Shown here one piece after another: positions 26,546-38,500 of a stretch of DNA of 64,000 bases; position 1 is the first letter of the stretch, and every line of letters begins with the position of its first letter. A model generated the notes under the pieces. The model had not been told where the DNA came from. It made no database searches and worked only from the letters and a program-made list of their open reading frames with translations. The stretch spans positions 1,152,001 to 1,216,000 of the forward strand of contig CAWELD010000003.1 in assembly GCA_963809895.1 (NCBI GenBank), in the 5' to 3' direction. Both the position numbers and the translations under genes were made by a program. The stretch comes from an uncultured Gemmatimonadales bacterium (GTDB lineage Bacteria; Gemmatimonadota; Gemmatimonadetes; Longimicrobiales; Gaopeijiaceae).

Positions 26546-29178
26546 CGCGTCGCCCCCGCCGCCCCCGGCGGCACCAGGCCGTGGACCGCGAGCTCGAGGA
26601 GGAGCTGCGCTTCCATCTGGACGAGCGCATGGAGGAGTGGATCCGGGAAGGATGCGACCCCGAGGAAGCCCGGGCCCGCGCCCTGCGGCACTTCGGAGAC
26701 TACGACGCGGTGCTGGCGGGGTGCCGGCGACACGCACGGGCCCGAACTCGAAGCGAGAGGTGGACGATGACGATGGACGGGTGGAGGCAGGACCTGGCGC
26801 TGGCGGTACGCAACCTCCGCCGGCGACCGCGCTTCTCGTTGACGGTCGCGGTGACGCTGGCTCTGGCCCTGGGAGCGACCACAGCGGTGCTCACGGTGGT
26901 GGACGGGGTGCTCCTGCGACCCCTTCCCTACCCCGAGCCCGGCGCCCTCGTCCGGGTGGAGATGCAGAACTCGCCCACCAATCGGTTCCCACTGTCGGCG
27001 GTGGATTTCCAGGCCCTGGGCGAACGGCAACAGAGCTTCGTCGGCGTCTCGGGCTTCGCCGTGGGCGAGTCGGCGCTGACCGGTGACGACTCTCCCGAGT
27101 GGGTGAGGGTGGGGCACGCCGCGGCAGGACTCTTCGAGACGCTGGGCCTCGAGCCCACGGCTGGACGCGTCTTCCGCAGCGACGAAGACGCGCCGGGCGC
27201 CCCCGGCGTGGCGCTGTTGACCTGGGATTTCGCCCGAGCGCGTTTCGGAGGGGAAGACCCCCTCGGGCGCACCCTGAGCCTGGACGGGGAGCCGTACACG
27301 GTGGTGGGTGTGCTCCCCCCTGGAAGCGGCGAGATCGCAGGGGCCCGAGCCGCCATGTGGGTCCCCCTCCGCCTGTCGAGTCCCGAGCGGCGGGGACCCT
27401 TCTTCATCCGCGCCGTGGCACGCCTTCGAGACGACACGGACCTGGCGACCGCCAACCGGAACCTGGCCGACATCAGCCAGGCCATCTTCCCGCTGTGGGC
27501 GTCCTCGTTCCAGGATGCCAACGCCCGTCTGACCGCGCGACCGCTCCGGGAAGCGCTGGTTGGGGACACGCGGCCGATGCTGCTGGTGATCGGAGCCGCC
27601 GTGCTTCTGGTGCTCGCCATCGCCTGCGCCAACGTCGCCAACCTGGTCCTGGCCCGGACCGCGTCGCGGACCCAGGAGCTGGGCATCCGCAGCGCGTTGG
27701 GCTCGACCCGCACGCGCACGGCTCGCCTCTTCCTCGTGGAGGGGATGGTGCTGTCACTGCTGGGAGGGCTCGGCGCCGTGGGACTCTCCCTGCTCGGGAT
27801 GGATGCCTTTCGCGCGGCGGCCCCGGATCTACCTCGTGCCGCCGCGGTCACCCTGGGAGCGAGGGGGCTGGTGGCCCTGCTGGTGGGTGTGGTGGTCTGT
27901 GGGATCATCCTCGCCGCGGCTCCGCTGGCCGTGGGTGCGGCCCGGCGGGCGGGATGGGCGCCCAGCGGAGCCCGGGGCACGTCCAGGGAGAGCGGTGGGC
28001 GCCTCAGGCACGCCCTGGTGGTGGTGGAGTTCGCCCTGGCGCTGCCCCTTCTGGCCGGCGCCACGCTGCTCCTGGGCAGCCTGCTTCGCCTGAGCGCGGT
28101 GGATCCGGGCTTCGATCCGGCGGGCCGGGTGGCCATCAGGATCACGCTGCCCGATGGAGGCTACGCCGACTCGGATGCCATCCAGGGGTTCTGGGACGAG
28201 GCGCTCCGGCGGGTGCGGGCGCTTCCCGGGGTTGCCGCCGCTGGAATCTCGGCCAGCCTTCCCCCCGATGCTCCAGCCACCTTCAACAACTTCGATCTCC
28301 TGGACCGGCCGGTGGCGGCGGGCGCCTCACAACCCGTGACGCCCTGGGCCGCCGCCGACGACGGTTTCTTCAAGGCGCTGGGCGTGCCCCTCGAGGAAGG
28401 GCGCATGTTCGACGAGGACGACGCCGCTGATGCGCCACCTGTGGTGCTGGTGAGCCGGAGCTGGGCCCGACACTACTACCCTGGCGAGAGTCCGCTGGGG
28501 CGCCGCATGTACGCCGGCGGATGCACGAGCTGTCCGCCGCTCACCGTCGTGGGCGTGGTGGGTGACGTGAAGTATCAGGGTCTTTCTGGCGCGGCGGACG
28601 CGATCTACACGCCGCCCAGCCAGGAGCCCTGGCGTACGTTCTTCCTGGTGGTACGGGCCGAATCGGAGGCCGCCGTCGGGGCTACGACCGCCTCGGTGCG
28701 ACGAGCCCTCGCCGATCTGGACCCCCTCCTGCCCCTCGGCGACGCCAGCACCCTGGACGAGCGCGTACACGCCTCGCTGTCGGCCCCCCGACACTGGACC
28801 GCCGTGGTCAGTGGGTTCGCGGCGGCGGCGGCGCTCCTGGCCGCCATCGGGGTGTTCGGCGTCCTGTCGTGGGCCGTCCGCGCCTGGACCGGGGAGATCG
28901 GCGTGCGCATGGCGTTGGGCGCCGACGGACGCGGTGTGCTCCTGATGGTTCTCCGCCGAGGCATGACGCCCGCCGTCCTGGGGACGCTTCTGGGCCTCGG
29001 CCTGGCCGTCGCGGCGGCCCCGGCGCTGGACGGCCTGCTCTTCGGCGTCGGTGCCCGGGATCCCGTGGTGCTCGCCGGAGCCACGGCGATCCTGCTGTGC
29101 GTGGCCGTCGCGGCTTGCCTGGTGCCGGCGAGGCGGGCCGCCCGGTTGGATCCCGTGCGCGCCATCGGCGCCGACTGA
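26542..29178 (+). CDS. Duplicated orphan ABC permease (ADOP; MacB/FtsX x2) with permease-prefix domain
   Basis: GTGA overlap with padR; EELRFHL prefix; LLRPLPY, IACANVANL, EIGVRMALGA, PARRAARLDP. Confidence 0.92.
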   Translation: MTRRPRRPRRHQAVDRELEEELRFHLDERMEEWIREGCDPEEARARALRHFGDYDAVLAGCRRHARARTRSERWTMTMDGWRQDLALAVRNLRRRPRFSLTVAVTLALALGATTAVLTVVDGVLLRPLPYPEPGALVRVEMQNSPTNRFPLSAVDFQALGERQQSFVGVSGFAVGESALTGDDSPEWVRVGHAAAGLFETLGLEPTAGRVFRSDEDAPGAPGVALLTWDFARARFGGEDPLGRTLSLDGEPYTVVGVLPPGSGEIAGARAAMWVPLRLSSPERRGPFFIRAVARLRDDTDLATANRNLADISQAIFPLWASSFQDANARLTARPLREALVGDTRPMLLVIGAAVLLVLAIACANVANLVLARTASRTQELGIRSALGSTRTRTARLFLVEGMVLSLLGGLGAVGLSLLGMDAFRAAAPDLPRAAAVTLGARGLVALLVGVVVCGIILAAAPLAVGAARRAGWAPSGARGTSRESGGRLRHALVVVEFALALPLLAGATLLLGSLLRLSAVDPGFDPAGRVAIRITLPDGGYADSDAIQGFWDEALRRVRALPGVAAAGISASLPPDAPATFNNFDLLDRPVAAGASQPVTPWAAADDGFFKALGVPLEEGRMFDEDDAADAPPVVLVSRSWARHYYPGESPLGRRMYAGGCTSCPPLTVVGVVGDVKYQGLSGAADAIYTPPSQEPWRTFFLVVRAESEAAVGATTASVRRALADLDPLLPLGDASTLDERVHASLSAPRHWTAVVSGFAAAAALLAAIGVFGVLSWAVRAWTGEIGVRMALGADGRGVLLMVLRRGMTPAVLGTLLGLGLAVAAAPALDGLLFGVGARDPVVLAGATAILLCVAVAACLVPARRAARLDPVRAIGAD

Positions 29179-29191
29179 GCTCGGGTCGGGG

Positions 29192-30538
29192 TCAGCGCCC
29201 GGCGCTGAGGCGACCCCGCCACTCGCGAACGTCGGAGAGGAGCGCCGGCTGATCGATCGTGGTAAGTGCCCGGTCGTCCAGGAGCATCCGTCCAGCCACC
29301 CACACGTGGGTGACGCGGTCGCGGCCGGTGGCGTAGACGAGCTGCGAGACCGGATCGTAGAGCGGCTCGGTTTCCACACCGGTGAGCTTCACGGCCACCA
29401 TGTCGGCCTCCTTGCCCACCTCCAACGAACCGATGCGTCGGTCGAGGCCCAGCGCCCGCGCCCCGTCGAGCGTCGCCATGCGGAGCACGTCCTGGGCAGG
29501 AAGAACGCCTGCGTTCCTGCCGACCCACTTGCCGAGCAGCGCCGCGGTTCGCAGCTCTCCGAACATGTCCAGGTCGTTGTTGCTGGCCGCGCCGTCCGTG
29601 CCCAGCGCCACGTTGACACCCGCGGCAGCGAGGGCGGCCACCGGGGCGCACCCGCTGGCGAGCTTGAGGTTGGATTCCGGGCAGTGCACCACGTGGCCTC
29701 CGGCCTCGGCCATCTGCTCGATCTCGGCGTCTTCCAACCACACCATGTGCACCGCCACGAGGCGCTCGTTGACGAGTCCCGCATCGGCCAGTCGGCGCAG
29801 CGGGCGCACGCCGAACTGACGCAGGTGATCGTCCACCTCGCCCTGCGTCTCGTGCACGTGGATGGGCACCTGGACGTCCAGGCGCTCGGCCAGCTCGGCA
29901 ACCTTCTCCAGCCCCCCGGTGCTCACCGTATAGGGTGCATGAGGCGAGAGCGTGGTGGTCACGAGCGGGCGATCGGCCAACGCCTCGTGCATCTCGACGG
30001 CACGCGCGAGGTACTCCTCCTCGTCCTTCGCCCAGGCCGTGGGCACCTGGATCACCACCAATCCCAGCGAGAGCCGGATCCCGCACGCCTCGGCCACCGC
30101 GGCCACCTGATCCGGGAAGAAGTACATGTCCGCGAAGGTGGTGGTCCCACCCCGGATCATCTCCGCGACTGCCAGTCGGGTCCCGTCGCGCACGAACTCC
30201 GGTGACACCCAGGCCTGCTCGGCCGGCCAGATCCGCTCCTGCAGCCAGACCATCAACGGCAGGTCGTCGGCGTAGCCCCGGAGCAGCGTCATGGCCGCGT
30301 GCGTGTGGGCGTTGACCAGACCGGGAATGAGGGCGTGGTCGTCGAGATGTCGCTCCGTGCGCGCCCGGAACCGCTGACGGGCCTCAGCGGCCGGCGAGAC
30401 CTCCACGATCCGTCCCTGATCCACCACCACGGCGTGATCCTCGAGAACACCGGAGTCCGGCGCCACCGGGACGACCCAGCGGGCGAAGACGAGGGAATCG
30501 ACCGACCGGGGGTTCTCCTGCGTGGCTTCCGCAGTCAT
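29192..30538 (-). CDS. mtaD: TRZ/ATZ amidohydrolase, likely 5'-methylthioadenosine/SAH deaminase
   Basis: [44 protein letters not shown]. Confidence 0.8.
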   Translation of the reverse strand: MTAEATQENPRSVDSLVFARWVVPVAPDSGVLEDHAVVVDQGRIVEVSPAAEARQRFRARTERHLDDHALIPGLVNAHTHAAMTLLRGYADDLPLMVWLQERIWPAEQAWVSPEFVRDGTRLAVAEMIRGGTTTFADMYFFPDQVAAVAEACGIRLSLGLVVIQVPTAWAKDEEEYLARAVEMHEALADRPLVTTTLSPHAPYTVSTGGLEKVAELAERLDVQVPIHVHETQGEVDDHLRQFGVRPLRRLADAGLVNERLVAVHMVWLEDAEIEQMAEAGGHVVHCPESNLKLASGCAPVAALAAAGVNVALGTDGAASNNDLDMFGELRTAALLGKWVGRNAGVLPAQDVLRMATLDGARALGLDRRIGSLEVGKEADMVAVKLTGVETEPLYDPVSQLVYATGRDRVTHVWVAGRMLLDDRALTTIDQPALLSDVREWRGRLSAGR

Positions 30539-30742
30539 CCTTGCCTGTCTCACTGGAATGCGGGGATTGTGGACCGGTTCGGTGGGCTGTGAAACGGTCG
30601 AGTGGGATCCAACGACGGTGGACCCGCAGGCGGTCGCGCGCCAGCCCCCGAGTGTTCTCTTCGACGCACACCTCCCATCTTTTCGGAGAGTCACCGGCCC
30701 CGGGTCGGGCGATCACGCATCGAAGGAGCGAACGTACCGGTC

Positions 30743-31423
30743 ATGCGCATCCTGGTGGTGGAAGACGACCGCAAGGTCGCCAGCTTCCTCGAGAAGGGCC
30801 TCCGCGAAGAGGGATACTCCGTGGATGTCGCCTCCGACGGAATCGAGGGGGCCATGCGGGCCCTGGTCTACGACTACGACGCGCTCCTCCTCGACATCAT
30901 GCTGCCGGGCAAGTCGGGCCTGGAGATCGTGCGCGAGCTGCGCGCCAAGGAGCGCACCGTACCCATCCTCCTCCTCACCGCCCGGGACACCCGCGAGGAC
31001 ATCGTCACCGGCTTGGACGCCGGGGCCGACGACTACCTGACCAAGCCCTTCGGATTCGACGAGCTGCTGGCCAGGATACGGGCACTCCTGCGGCGCGGCG
31101 GTGCCGAGCGGCCCGACCGCCTTCTGTACGGCGACATCGAGCTCGATCGCATGAAGCACGTGGCCAGCCGCCGGGGCGAGCGGCTGGATCTCACGCCCAA
31201 GGAGTTCCAGCTCCTGGAGTTCTTCATGCTGAATCCCGAACGGGTGGTGCGGCGGACCGAGCTCCTGGAGAAGGTCTGGGACCTCAGCTTCGACCCCATG
31301 AGCAACGTGGTCGACGTCCACGTCGCCCATCTGCGCCAGAAGCTCCGGGAGGGCGACGGCGATCCCCTCGTCCACACGGTTCGTGGTGTCGGATACATCT
31401 TCCAGCGGGGAGAGGACGGGTGA
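30743..31423 (+). CDS. OmpR-family heavy-metal response regulator (CusR-like)
   Basis: [35 protein letters not shown]; upstream of cus genes. Confidence 0.9.
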   Translation: MRILVVEDDRKVASFLEKGLREEGYSVDVASDGIEGAMRALVYDYDALLLDIMLPGKSGLEIVRELRAKERTVPILLLTARDTREDIVTGLDAGADDYLTKPFGFDELLARIRALLRRGGAERPDRLLYGDIELDRMKHVASRRGERLDLTPKEFQLLEFFMLNPERVVRRTELLEKVWDLSFDPMSNVVDVHVAHLRQKLREGDGDPLVHTVRGVGYIFQRGEDG

Positions 31424-32838
31424 GACGGTCCTTTCGCTTCCAACTCGCCGCGCGCTTCACGGCATCCATGGGCGTGGCCGTGGTGGCCATCGCCGTGGCC
31501 AGCGTGCTCACGCTGCGCGCGGTTCTGGACCGCGAGCTCAACGCCAGCATTCTCAACGTCGCCTCCATCGAGGCCGCCTCGGTGACCGACTCGCCCGACG
31601 GAGAGATGCATTTCCACGAGTGGCAGCTCACTCCCGAAGAGGCGGCGTCGGTGCGGGACCTGATCCGCTACGCCCAGGTGTGGGGCGTGTCCGGCGCGAG
31701 CCTGCTCCGGAGCCAGTTCATGCGCCAGGATCTCCCGCTGGATCGCTCCGCCCTCGACCAGGCGGCGGCGGGTGAGTTGGTCTGGCGGGAGCAGAGCTTC
31801 CAGGGCGTGCCCATCCGCTCCCTGTACTACCCGCTTGCGCGCTTCGGGCCCGCCCACGACAGGCACATCCTCCAGGTGGCCGCGCCCCTCGTGGCCCGCC
31901 ACGAGATGGTGCGCCGCCTCACCCTGTTCTTCGCCGCCATGGTCGTTCTGGTCACGGCTGCGTCGTTCCTGGGAAGCTGGTGGCTCGCCGGTCGCACGGT
32001 GCGCCCCGTCCACGAGATCATCGATCAGGCGGAGGCCATCGGCGCAGGATCGCTGGACCGCCGTATCGGCGCCTACGCCGACACCCAGGAGTACCGTCGG
32101 CTGGTCGAGGTCCTCAACACCATGCTCTCGCGCATCCAGTACGCCTTCGACGCCCAGCGCCGCTTCACCGCCGACGCGAGCCACGAGCTCAGATCGCCGC
32201 TCACGGTCATCAGGGGCGAGATCGAGCTGGCGCTTCGCCGGCAGCGATCCCCCGAGGAATACCGGCGGGTGCTCGAGAGCAGCCTCGAAGAGGTGGTGCG
32301 CCTGTCGCGGATCACCGAGGACCTCCTGACCCTGGCGCGCTCGGATGCGGAGACCCCTCGCACCACCGGCGAGCCGGTGCAATGCGCCGAGGTCGCCCGC
32401 CGCATCCTCGGCCGGTTCCAGGGCGCCGTCCAGGACAAGGGACTCGATCTGGCGGTGGACATCCCTCCCGAGCTCGACGCTCCGCTGGACCCCGTCCTCC
32501 TCAGCCAGGTGATCTGGAACCTCGTGGACAACGCCGTGAAGTTCACACCCGCCGGCGGACGCATCGGCGTGACCTTGTCTCACGACGATGGCGTCGTGGA
32601 ATTCTCGGTCACCGACAGCGGTCCGGGCCTCGGGCCCGAGCCGGCCCGGGTCTTCGACCGCTTCTTCCGGGCCGACGAGGTGCGCACGCCAGGTGAGGAG
32701 ACCTCCGGCACGGGGCTCGGACTGGCCATCGTGCGCGCTCTGGTCGAGGGACAGGGCGGTGAGGTGGGCGCCGAGAATCTGCCCGAGGGTGGTGCCCGGG
32801 TGTTCGCGCGGCTTCCGGTGGAGGTGGTCGCAGCGTAG
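31420..32838 (+). CDS. Sensor histidine kinase (CusS-like)
   Basis: GTGA overlap; [28 protein letters not shown]; periplasmic MHFHEW. Confidence 0.9.
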   Translation: MRRSFRFQLAARFTASMGVAVVAIAVASVLTLRAVLDRELNASILNVASIEAASVTDSPDGEMHFHEWQLTPEEAASVRDLIRYAQVWGVSGASLLRSQFMRQDLPLDRSALDQAAAGELVWREQSFQGVPIRSLYYPLARFGPAHDRHILQVAAPLVARHEMVRRLTLFFAAMVVLVTAASFLGSWWLAGRTVRPVHEIIDQAEAIGAGSLDRRIGAYADTQEYRRLVEVLNTMLSRIQYAFDAQRRFTADASHELRSPLTVIRGEIELALRRQRSPEEYRRVLESSLEEVVRLSRITEDLLTLARSDAETPRTTGEPVQCAEVARRILGRFQGAVQDKGLDLAVDIPPELDAPLDPVLLSQVIWNLVDNAVKFTPAGGRIGVTLSHDDGVVEFSVTDSGPGLGPEPARVFDRFFRADEVRTPGEETSGTGLGLAIVRALVEGQGGEVGAENLPEGGARVFARLPVEVVAA

Positions 32839-32888
32839 GTGCCTGCGTTTTTCGCCGTGGGGAACACCCCCACAAGGCGTGAAGCCAT

Positions 32889-32916
32889 CTTCATACGAGC
32901 GTAACCGAGTCTTCAC
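32889..32916 (+). promoter_or_regulatory. 11-bp-period direct repeats (OmpR-type box) upstream of cusCBA
   Basis: CTTCAT (32889), CGTAAC (32900), CTTCAC (32911). Confidence 0.5.
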
Positions 32917-32970
32917 GAAGGCTCCCGTAGCTTGATCGCAATCGTACGGGACCATCTCTCGAGAAGAACG

Positions 32971-34299
32971 ATGATCGCTCGAACCCCCATGTTGCTGCTC
33001 GGCCTCGTGGCGGTCGCCTCCACCCGACCCGTCCTGGCTCAGGCACCGCCGTCCGCTCCCCCGACCGGCGCACAGATCCGGGAGCCCCTCCCCCTCGATC
33101 GCGTGCTCGATCTCCTGGCCCAGCGGAATCCCCGGTTGCGGGCCATGGAAGCGTCGGCCTCTGCCGCGGCCAGCCGGGTCGACGACGCCTCCACGCTACC
33201 GGATCCGACGCTCCAGTTGGGCATCATGAACTTCGGCGTCCCCGACCTGAACGCGGACATGCCGGCCTCCATGGCACCGTCGGTCCAGCTCATGCAGCTG
33301 GTGCCCTTTCCCGGAAAGCTCTCGCTCCGGGGGGAGATCGCCGAACACGGCCAGGGGATGGCGTACGCCGCGGCCGACGAAGCGTGGTGGTCCGTCCGGG
33401 CCGAGGCATCCGGCCTGTACTACGACCTCTACGCGCTGGACCATCAGCTCGAGGTCATGGGGAGTACCCTCCAGCTCCTCAAGGACTTCCAGACCGTCGC
33501 CAAGGCCCTGTACGCATCCGGCACCGGACGCCAGGCCGACGTGCTGCGCGCCGATGTCGAAGTCGCGCGCATGGACGGGGAGATCCGGCGGTTGGAAGCA
33601 TCGCGCGTGGCGCTCTCCGCCCGCCTGAACGGCCTGCTCGACCGGCCGGCCGACACACCGGTGGGCAGCCCGGTGCTCGGAGCCCTGCCCCTGACGACCC
33701 CGGACGCCGACACGCTGCGAGCCTGGGCCGACGAGAGCCGGCCACTCCTGCATGGTGGTCGACTCGGGGTCGAGCAGGCCGAAGCACGCGTGGCGTTGGC
33801 ACGCAAGGAAATCTGGCCGAATCTCACGTTCGGGCTGAGCTACGGTCAACGGGACGCGGGGATGGGGCTCGAGCGCATGGGGAGTGCCATGGTCGGGTTC
33901 AGCCTCCCCGTTCACGCGGGACGCCGCCAACTCGCCGCGCGCGACGAGGCGAAGGCCCTGCACCTGATGGCCGAGTCCGAGCTCGGCGGGGCCCGCGCAC
34001 AGGTGGACGCCCGCATCGGCGAGCTCCTTGCCGAACTCGATCGGGCCCGGACCCTCACGCGCCTCTACCGCGACGAGGTGCTCCCCGAGGCTCACACCAC
34101 CGTCGAGTCGGCCCTCTCCTCGTACCGCGTGGGCGAGGTGGACTTCATGACGCTGGTCGACGCACAGATGACCGTGAACCGCTACGAAGGCGAGCTCTAC
34201 CGCCTCCTGGCCGACTACGGAAAGGCCGTCACGGCGCTGGAATCCACCGTGGGCCGCCCCCTTCCCCCATCCGACGCGATCCTCGCGGAGGACCGATGA
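32971..34299 (+). CDS. TolC-family outer-membrane efflux protein (CusC-like)
   Basis: Signal peptide; LPDP, PFPGKL, YRVGEVDF; first gene of the RND operon. Confidence 0.88.
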   Translation: MIARTPMLLLGLVAVASTRPVLAQAPPSAPPTGAQIREPLPLDRVLDLLAQRNPRLRAMEASASAAASRVDDASTLPDPTLQLGIMNFGVPDLNADMPASMAPSVQLMQLVPFPGKLSLRGEIAEHGQGMAYAAADEAWWSVRAEASGLYYDLYALDHQLEVMGSTLQLLKDFQTVAKALYASGTGRQADVLRADVEVARMDGEIRRLEASRVALSARLNGLLDRPADTPVGSPVLGALPLTTPDADTLRAWADESRPLLHGGRLGVEQAEARVALARKEIWPNLTFGLSYGQRDAGMGLERMGSAMVGFSLPVHAGRRQLAARDEAKALHLMAESELGGARAQVDARIGELLAELDRARTLTRLYRDEVLPEAHTTVESALSSYRVGEVDFMTLVDAQMTVNRYEGELYRLLADYGKAVTALESTVGRPLPPSDAILAEDR

Positions 34300-35570
34300 G
34301 CAACCTCAAGCAACTCGCCCTCTCGGTGGTGGTGATCCTGGCAGCGGGCGCCATCGTAGCCTTCCGCCTGGACGACGGTGACGCCGCCGCCGCATCGAAC
34401 GGAATGGCGGGGCACAACCACGCCGCCATGACGGCGGCCAAGGAGCAGAAACCCGTGCGCCTGGCGGCCGAAGACGCGCGGCGCATCGGGGTCACATACG
34501 CGACGGTGGAACGACGAGGCCTGGACCTGGCCGTCGAGGCCCTGGGCACCGTTGCGTACGACGAGACGCGCCTCACCACGGTCAACCCGAAGGTCGACGG
34601 ATGGGTCGAGCATCTCTTCGTCGACTTCACCGGCGCACCGGTGAAGGCCGGCCAACCCCTCTTCGCCCTGTACAGCCCCAAGCTCGTCTCGGCGCAGGAG
34701 GAGCTGGTGCTCGCGGCCCGGCTGGCGCGGGAAGCCCCATCCACCGGTCGAGCCGCGGACAACGCGCTCGCGCTGCTGGAGTCCGCTCGCAAGCGGCTCG
34801 CCTACTGGGACGTCCCGCCCGAGGAGATTCGACGGGTGGAGGAGACCGGCGAGGTGGTCAAGACGCTGACCCTGCGCGCGCCGGCCAGCGGCATCGTCGT
34901 GGAGAAGAACGTCATCGAGGGGGATCGCATCACCCCCGGGATGACCCTCTACCGGATCGCCGACCTGTCGCGTGTGTGGATCGAAGCGGACGTGTTCGAG
35001 AAAGACCTGGGGCTCGTTCGGGAAGGACAGGCCGGCACCGTCCGTTTCGAAGCCTATCCCGGACACGACTTCGAGGCGCGGGTCACCTACGTCTATCCAT
35101 CCGTCTCGCTGGAATCCCGCACCGGTCGCATTCGACTCGAGCTCGCGAACCCGGACCTGCGACTTCGTCCGGGAATGTACGCCGACATCGACCTGGTCAT
35201 CCCCCCTTCCGAGCCCACGCTCGTCGTGCCCCGTAGCGCGGTCCTGTCGACCGGGACTCGTTCCCTGGTCTTCGTTCAGGCCGCCGACGGCTCGCTGGTG
35301 CCGCGGTCCATCACGCCTGGACGCACGGTGCGTAGAGACGTGGAGGTGGTCTCGGGCCTGGCCGAAGGCGAGCGCGTGGTCTCGTCCGCGGCCTTCCTGG
35401 TGGATGCGGAGTCGAACCTGGGGGCCCTCACCGCCGGCATGGACATGTCGGGCGACATGGAGGCCAGTGCCTCCGACTCCGCGGCCGCCGGGGCCATGGA
35501 CATGGACCAATCGTCCATGAAGCCACCGGCCGGGAACGACGGTCACCAGGGTCACGACGGCTCGCACTGA
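34296..35570 (+). CDS. cusB: Heavy-metal RND periplasmic adaptor
   Basis: ATGA overlap; LYSPKLVSAQEE, IADLSRVW, LRPGMY, FLVDAES; Met/His-rich ends. Confidence 0.88.
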   Translation: MSNLKQLALSVVVILAAGAIVAFRLDDGDAAAASNGMAGHNHAAMTAAKEQKPVRLAAEDARRIGVTYATVERRGLDLAVEALGTVAYDETRLTTVNPKVDGWVEHLFVDFTGAPVKAGQPLFALYSPKLVSAQEELVLAARLAREAPSTGRAADNALALLESARKRLAYWDVPPEEIRRVEETGEVVKTLTLRAPASGIVVEKNVIEGDRITPGMTLYRIADLSRVWIEADVFEKDLGLVREGQAGTVRFEAYPGHDFEARVTYVYPSVSLESRTGRIRLELANPDLRLRPGMYADIDLVIPPSEPTLVVPRSAVLSTGTRSLVFVQAADGSLVPRSITPGRTVRRDVEVVSGLAEGERVVSSAAFLVDAESNLGALTAGMDMSGDMEASASDSAAAGAMDMDQSSMKPPAGNDGHQGHDGSH

Positions 35571-35580
35571 GGGCTGGATC

Positions 35581-38500
35581 ATGTTGAAGCGCGTCATCGA
35601 AGCCGCGGTCCGGAACAAGTTCCTCGTCCTTCTCTTCGCCCTGTTCGTGGCGGCGGGGGGCGTGCTCGCCATGCGAGAGACGCCGCTGGAGGCCCTCCCG
35701 GACCTCTCCGACGTCCAGGTCATCGTGCGCACCGACTACGCCGGGCAGGCCCCGCAGATCGTCGAAGATCAGGTCACGTATCCGGTGGCCTCCGAGATGC
35801 TCAAGGTGCCCGGCGCGCAGACCGTGCGCGGGTACTCGTTCTTCGGGACCTCGTTCGTCTACATCATCTTCGAGGACGGCACCGACCTGTACTGGGCCCG
35901 GAGTCGCGTTCTGGAGTACCTGTCCGCGATTCGCGGCAAGCTCCCGGAGCACGCGGATCCGTCTCTCGGTCCCGACGCCACCGGGCTGGGATGGGTCTAT
36001 CAGTACGCGCTGGAAGACACCTCCGGGACCATGTCGCTGGCCGACCTGCGCTCGTACCAGGATTGGTACCTCCGCTACCAGCTCACCGCGGTGCCCGGTG
36101 TGAGCGAAGTGGCCAGCGTGGGAGGCTACGAGCGCGTCTACGAGGTGACGGTGGATCCCGTCAAGCTCCGGGGATACGGCATTCCGGTCACGCGGGTCAT
36201 GGACGCGCTGCGAGCTTCCAACGAGGACGTCGGCGCCATGGTGCTGGAAATGGCCGAGCGTGAGTACATGATCCGGGGCCTGGGCTACCTCCAGGACATG
36301 GAGGACATCGAGAACGTCGTGGTGGCATCTACCGGCCACGGGACCCCGGTGCGCGTCGCCGACGTGGCGCAGGTTCGTCTCGCTCCCGACGTGCGGCGCG
36401 GCGTCGCGGACCTGAACGGGCGCGGAGACGTGGTGGGTGGCATCGTGGTGATGCGGTACGGAGAGAACGCGCTGGCGACCATCGACCGCGTCAAGGAGAA
36501 GCTGAGCCAGTTGGAGAAGGGCTTTCCCGCGGGAGTCGTCCTGCGGCCCGTCTACGACCGGTCGGATCTCATCCATCGAGCCATCGGCACCCTCAAGGAG
36601 AAGCTCCTGGAGGAGTCGCTGGTGGTGGCGCTGGTGACGGCGGTCTTCCTGGTGCACGTACAGAGCGCGCTGGTGGCCATCCTCACCCTGCCGCTGGGCA
36701 TCCTCATGGCCTTCATCGCCATGCGCGCCCTGGGACTGGGTGCCGACATCATGAGCCTGGGCGGTATCGCCATCGCCATCGGGGCCATGATCGACGCCGC
36801 CATCGTCATGATCGAGAACATGCACAAGCACCTGGAGCGCGCCATCGACGAGAAGCGCGCCAGGGCCCGGGCCCTGGGGGTCCCGCTACCCGGCGACGAG
36901 GGCGGTGACTACCTCCACACGAAGCTGCTGACCCCGCGCGAGCGATGGGACGTGGTGGTGCGGTCGTCCAAGGAAGTGGGCCCCGCCCTCTTCTTCAGCC
37001 TCCTCATCATCACCGTGTCCTTTCTTCCGGTCTTCAGCCTGGAGGCCCAGGAAGGGCGACTCTTCAAGCCGCTGGCCTGGACCAAGACCCTGGCCATGGG
37101 TTCGGCGAGCCTGCTCTCGGTCACGCTGGTGCCGGTGGCCATGGGACTCTTCGTGCGGGGACGCATCCACCGGGAACACGCGAATCCGGTCAACCGCGTC
37201 CTGGTTCGCCTCTACAAGCCCGTTCTCGAATTCGTGCTGCGGTTCCGCTGGCCCGTAGTGGCGTCGGCCGCGGCGCTGCTGATCCTCACGGTGTTGCCCT
37301 ACGAGAAGATCGGATCGGAGTTCATGCCGCCTCTCGACGAGGGCACCATTCTCTACATGCCCACCACGCTCCCGGGCATCAGCGTGGCCAAGGCTCGCGA
37401 GACCCTGCGGGTGCAGGATTCCATCCTCGCGGCCTTCCCCGAGGTGGCGAGCGTCTTCGGAAAGGCCGGACGCGCCACGACGGCCACCGACCCCGCGCCG
37501 TTGTCCATGTTCGAGACGACCATCGTGCTCCGGGACGAAGAAGAATGGCGTGCGGGCATGACCTACGACGCGCTCGTCGCGGAGATGGACCACGAGCTGC
37601 GCATGGCCGGAATCACCAACTCCTGGACCATGCCCATCAAGGGACGCATCGACATGCTGGCCACCGGCATCCGGACGCCGGTGGGGGTGAAGATCTTCGG
37701 GCCCGACCTGAACGAGCTGGAGCGCCTGGCGCGAGAGGTGGAGGCCGCGGTACAGATGGTGCCGGGCACGCGGTCGGCGTTCGGCGAACGCGTGGTGAGC
37801 GGGTCCTACCTGGACATCGACATCGACCGGGAAGCCGCCGCCCGCTACGGTCTCAACGTCCAGGAGATCCAGCGCGTGATCGCCTCGGCCATCGGTGGCA
37901 TGACCATCACGCGCACCGTGGAAGGCCGCGAGCGCTACGGCGTCCGGGTCCGCTACCCCCAGGAGCTCCGGGACCAGCCCGAGAAGCTCGCCGAGATCCT
38001 CATCCCCGTCGGCGGCCGCCGAGGCGGATACGGGATGGCGGACATGGCCGCGCCGGCGACCATGGCGGGGATGAACGACCTGGATCCCTCCGCCGACCGA
38101 GGCGGCATGGCGTCGGGCGCGGCGGGGGTCGGCATGGGGGGTGGTGGGTCCGCGCAGGTGCCTCTCGGACAGGTGGCCCACATCCGGACGGTCGGCGGAC
38201 CCATGGCCGTGAAGACCGAACAGGCGTTCCCCACCGCCTGGGTCTTCGTGGACGTGCGGGACAGCGACCTCGGATCCTACGTCACCGCGGCCCAACGCAT
38301 GGTGGACCAGATGGTGACCCTGCCCACCGGCTACAGCCTTCAGTGGAGTGGGCAGTACGAGTACATGCTCAGAGCCAAGGAGCGGCTGGCGCTGGTGGTG
38401 CCCGCCACCCTCCTCATCATCTTCCTCCTCCTCTTCCTCAACTTCGGCCGACTGGGTGAGACACTCATCGTCATGCTCTCACTCCCGTTCGCCCTGGTGG

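Noticed and set aside
30541..31419. N-terminal extension of the 765-aa kinase ORF
   Set aside because: Overlaps the response regulator in another frame; real start is GTG 31420
33384..34295. N-terminal extension of the cusB ORF
   Set aside because: Overlaps the TolC gene; real start is ATG 34296 with a GGAGG RBS
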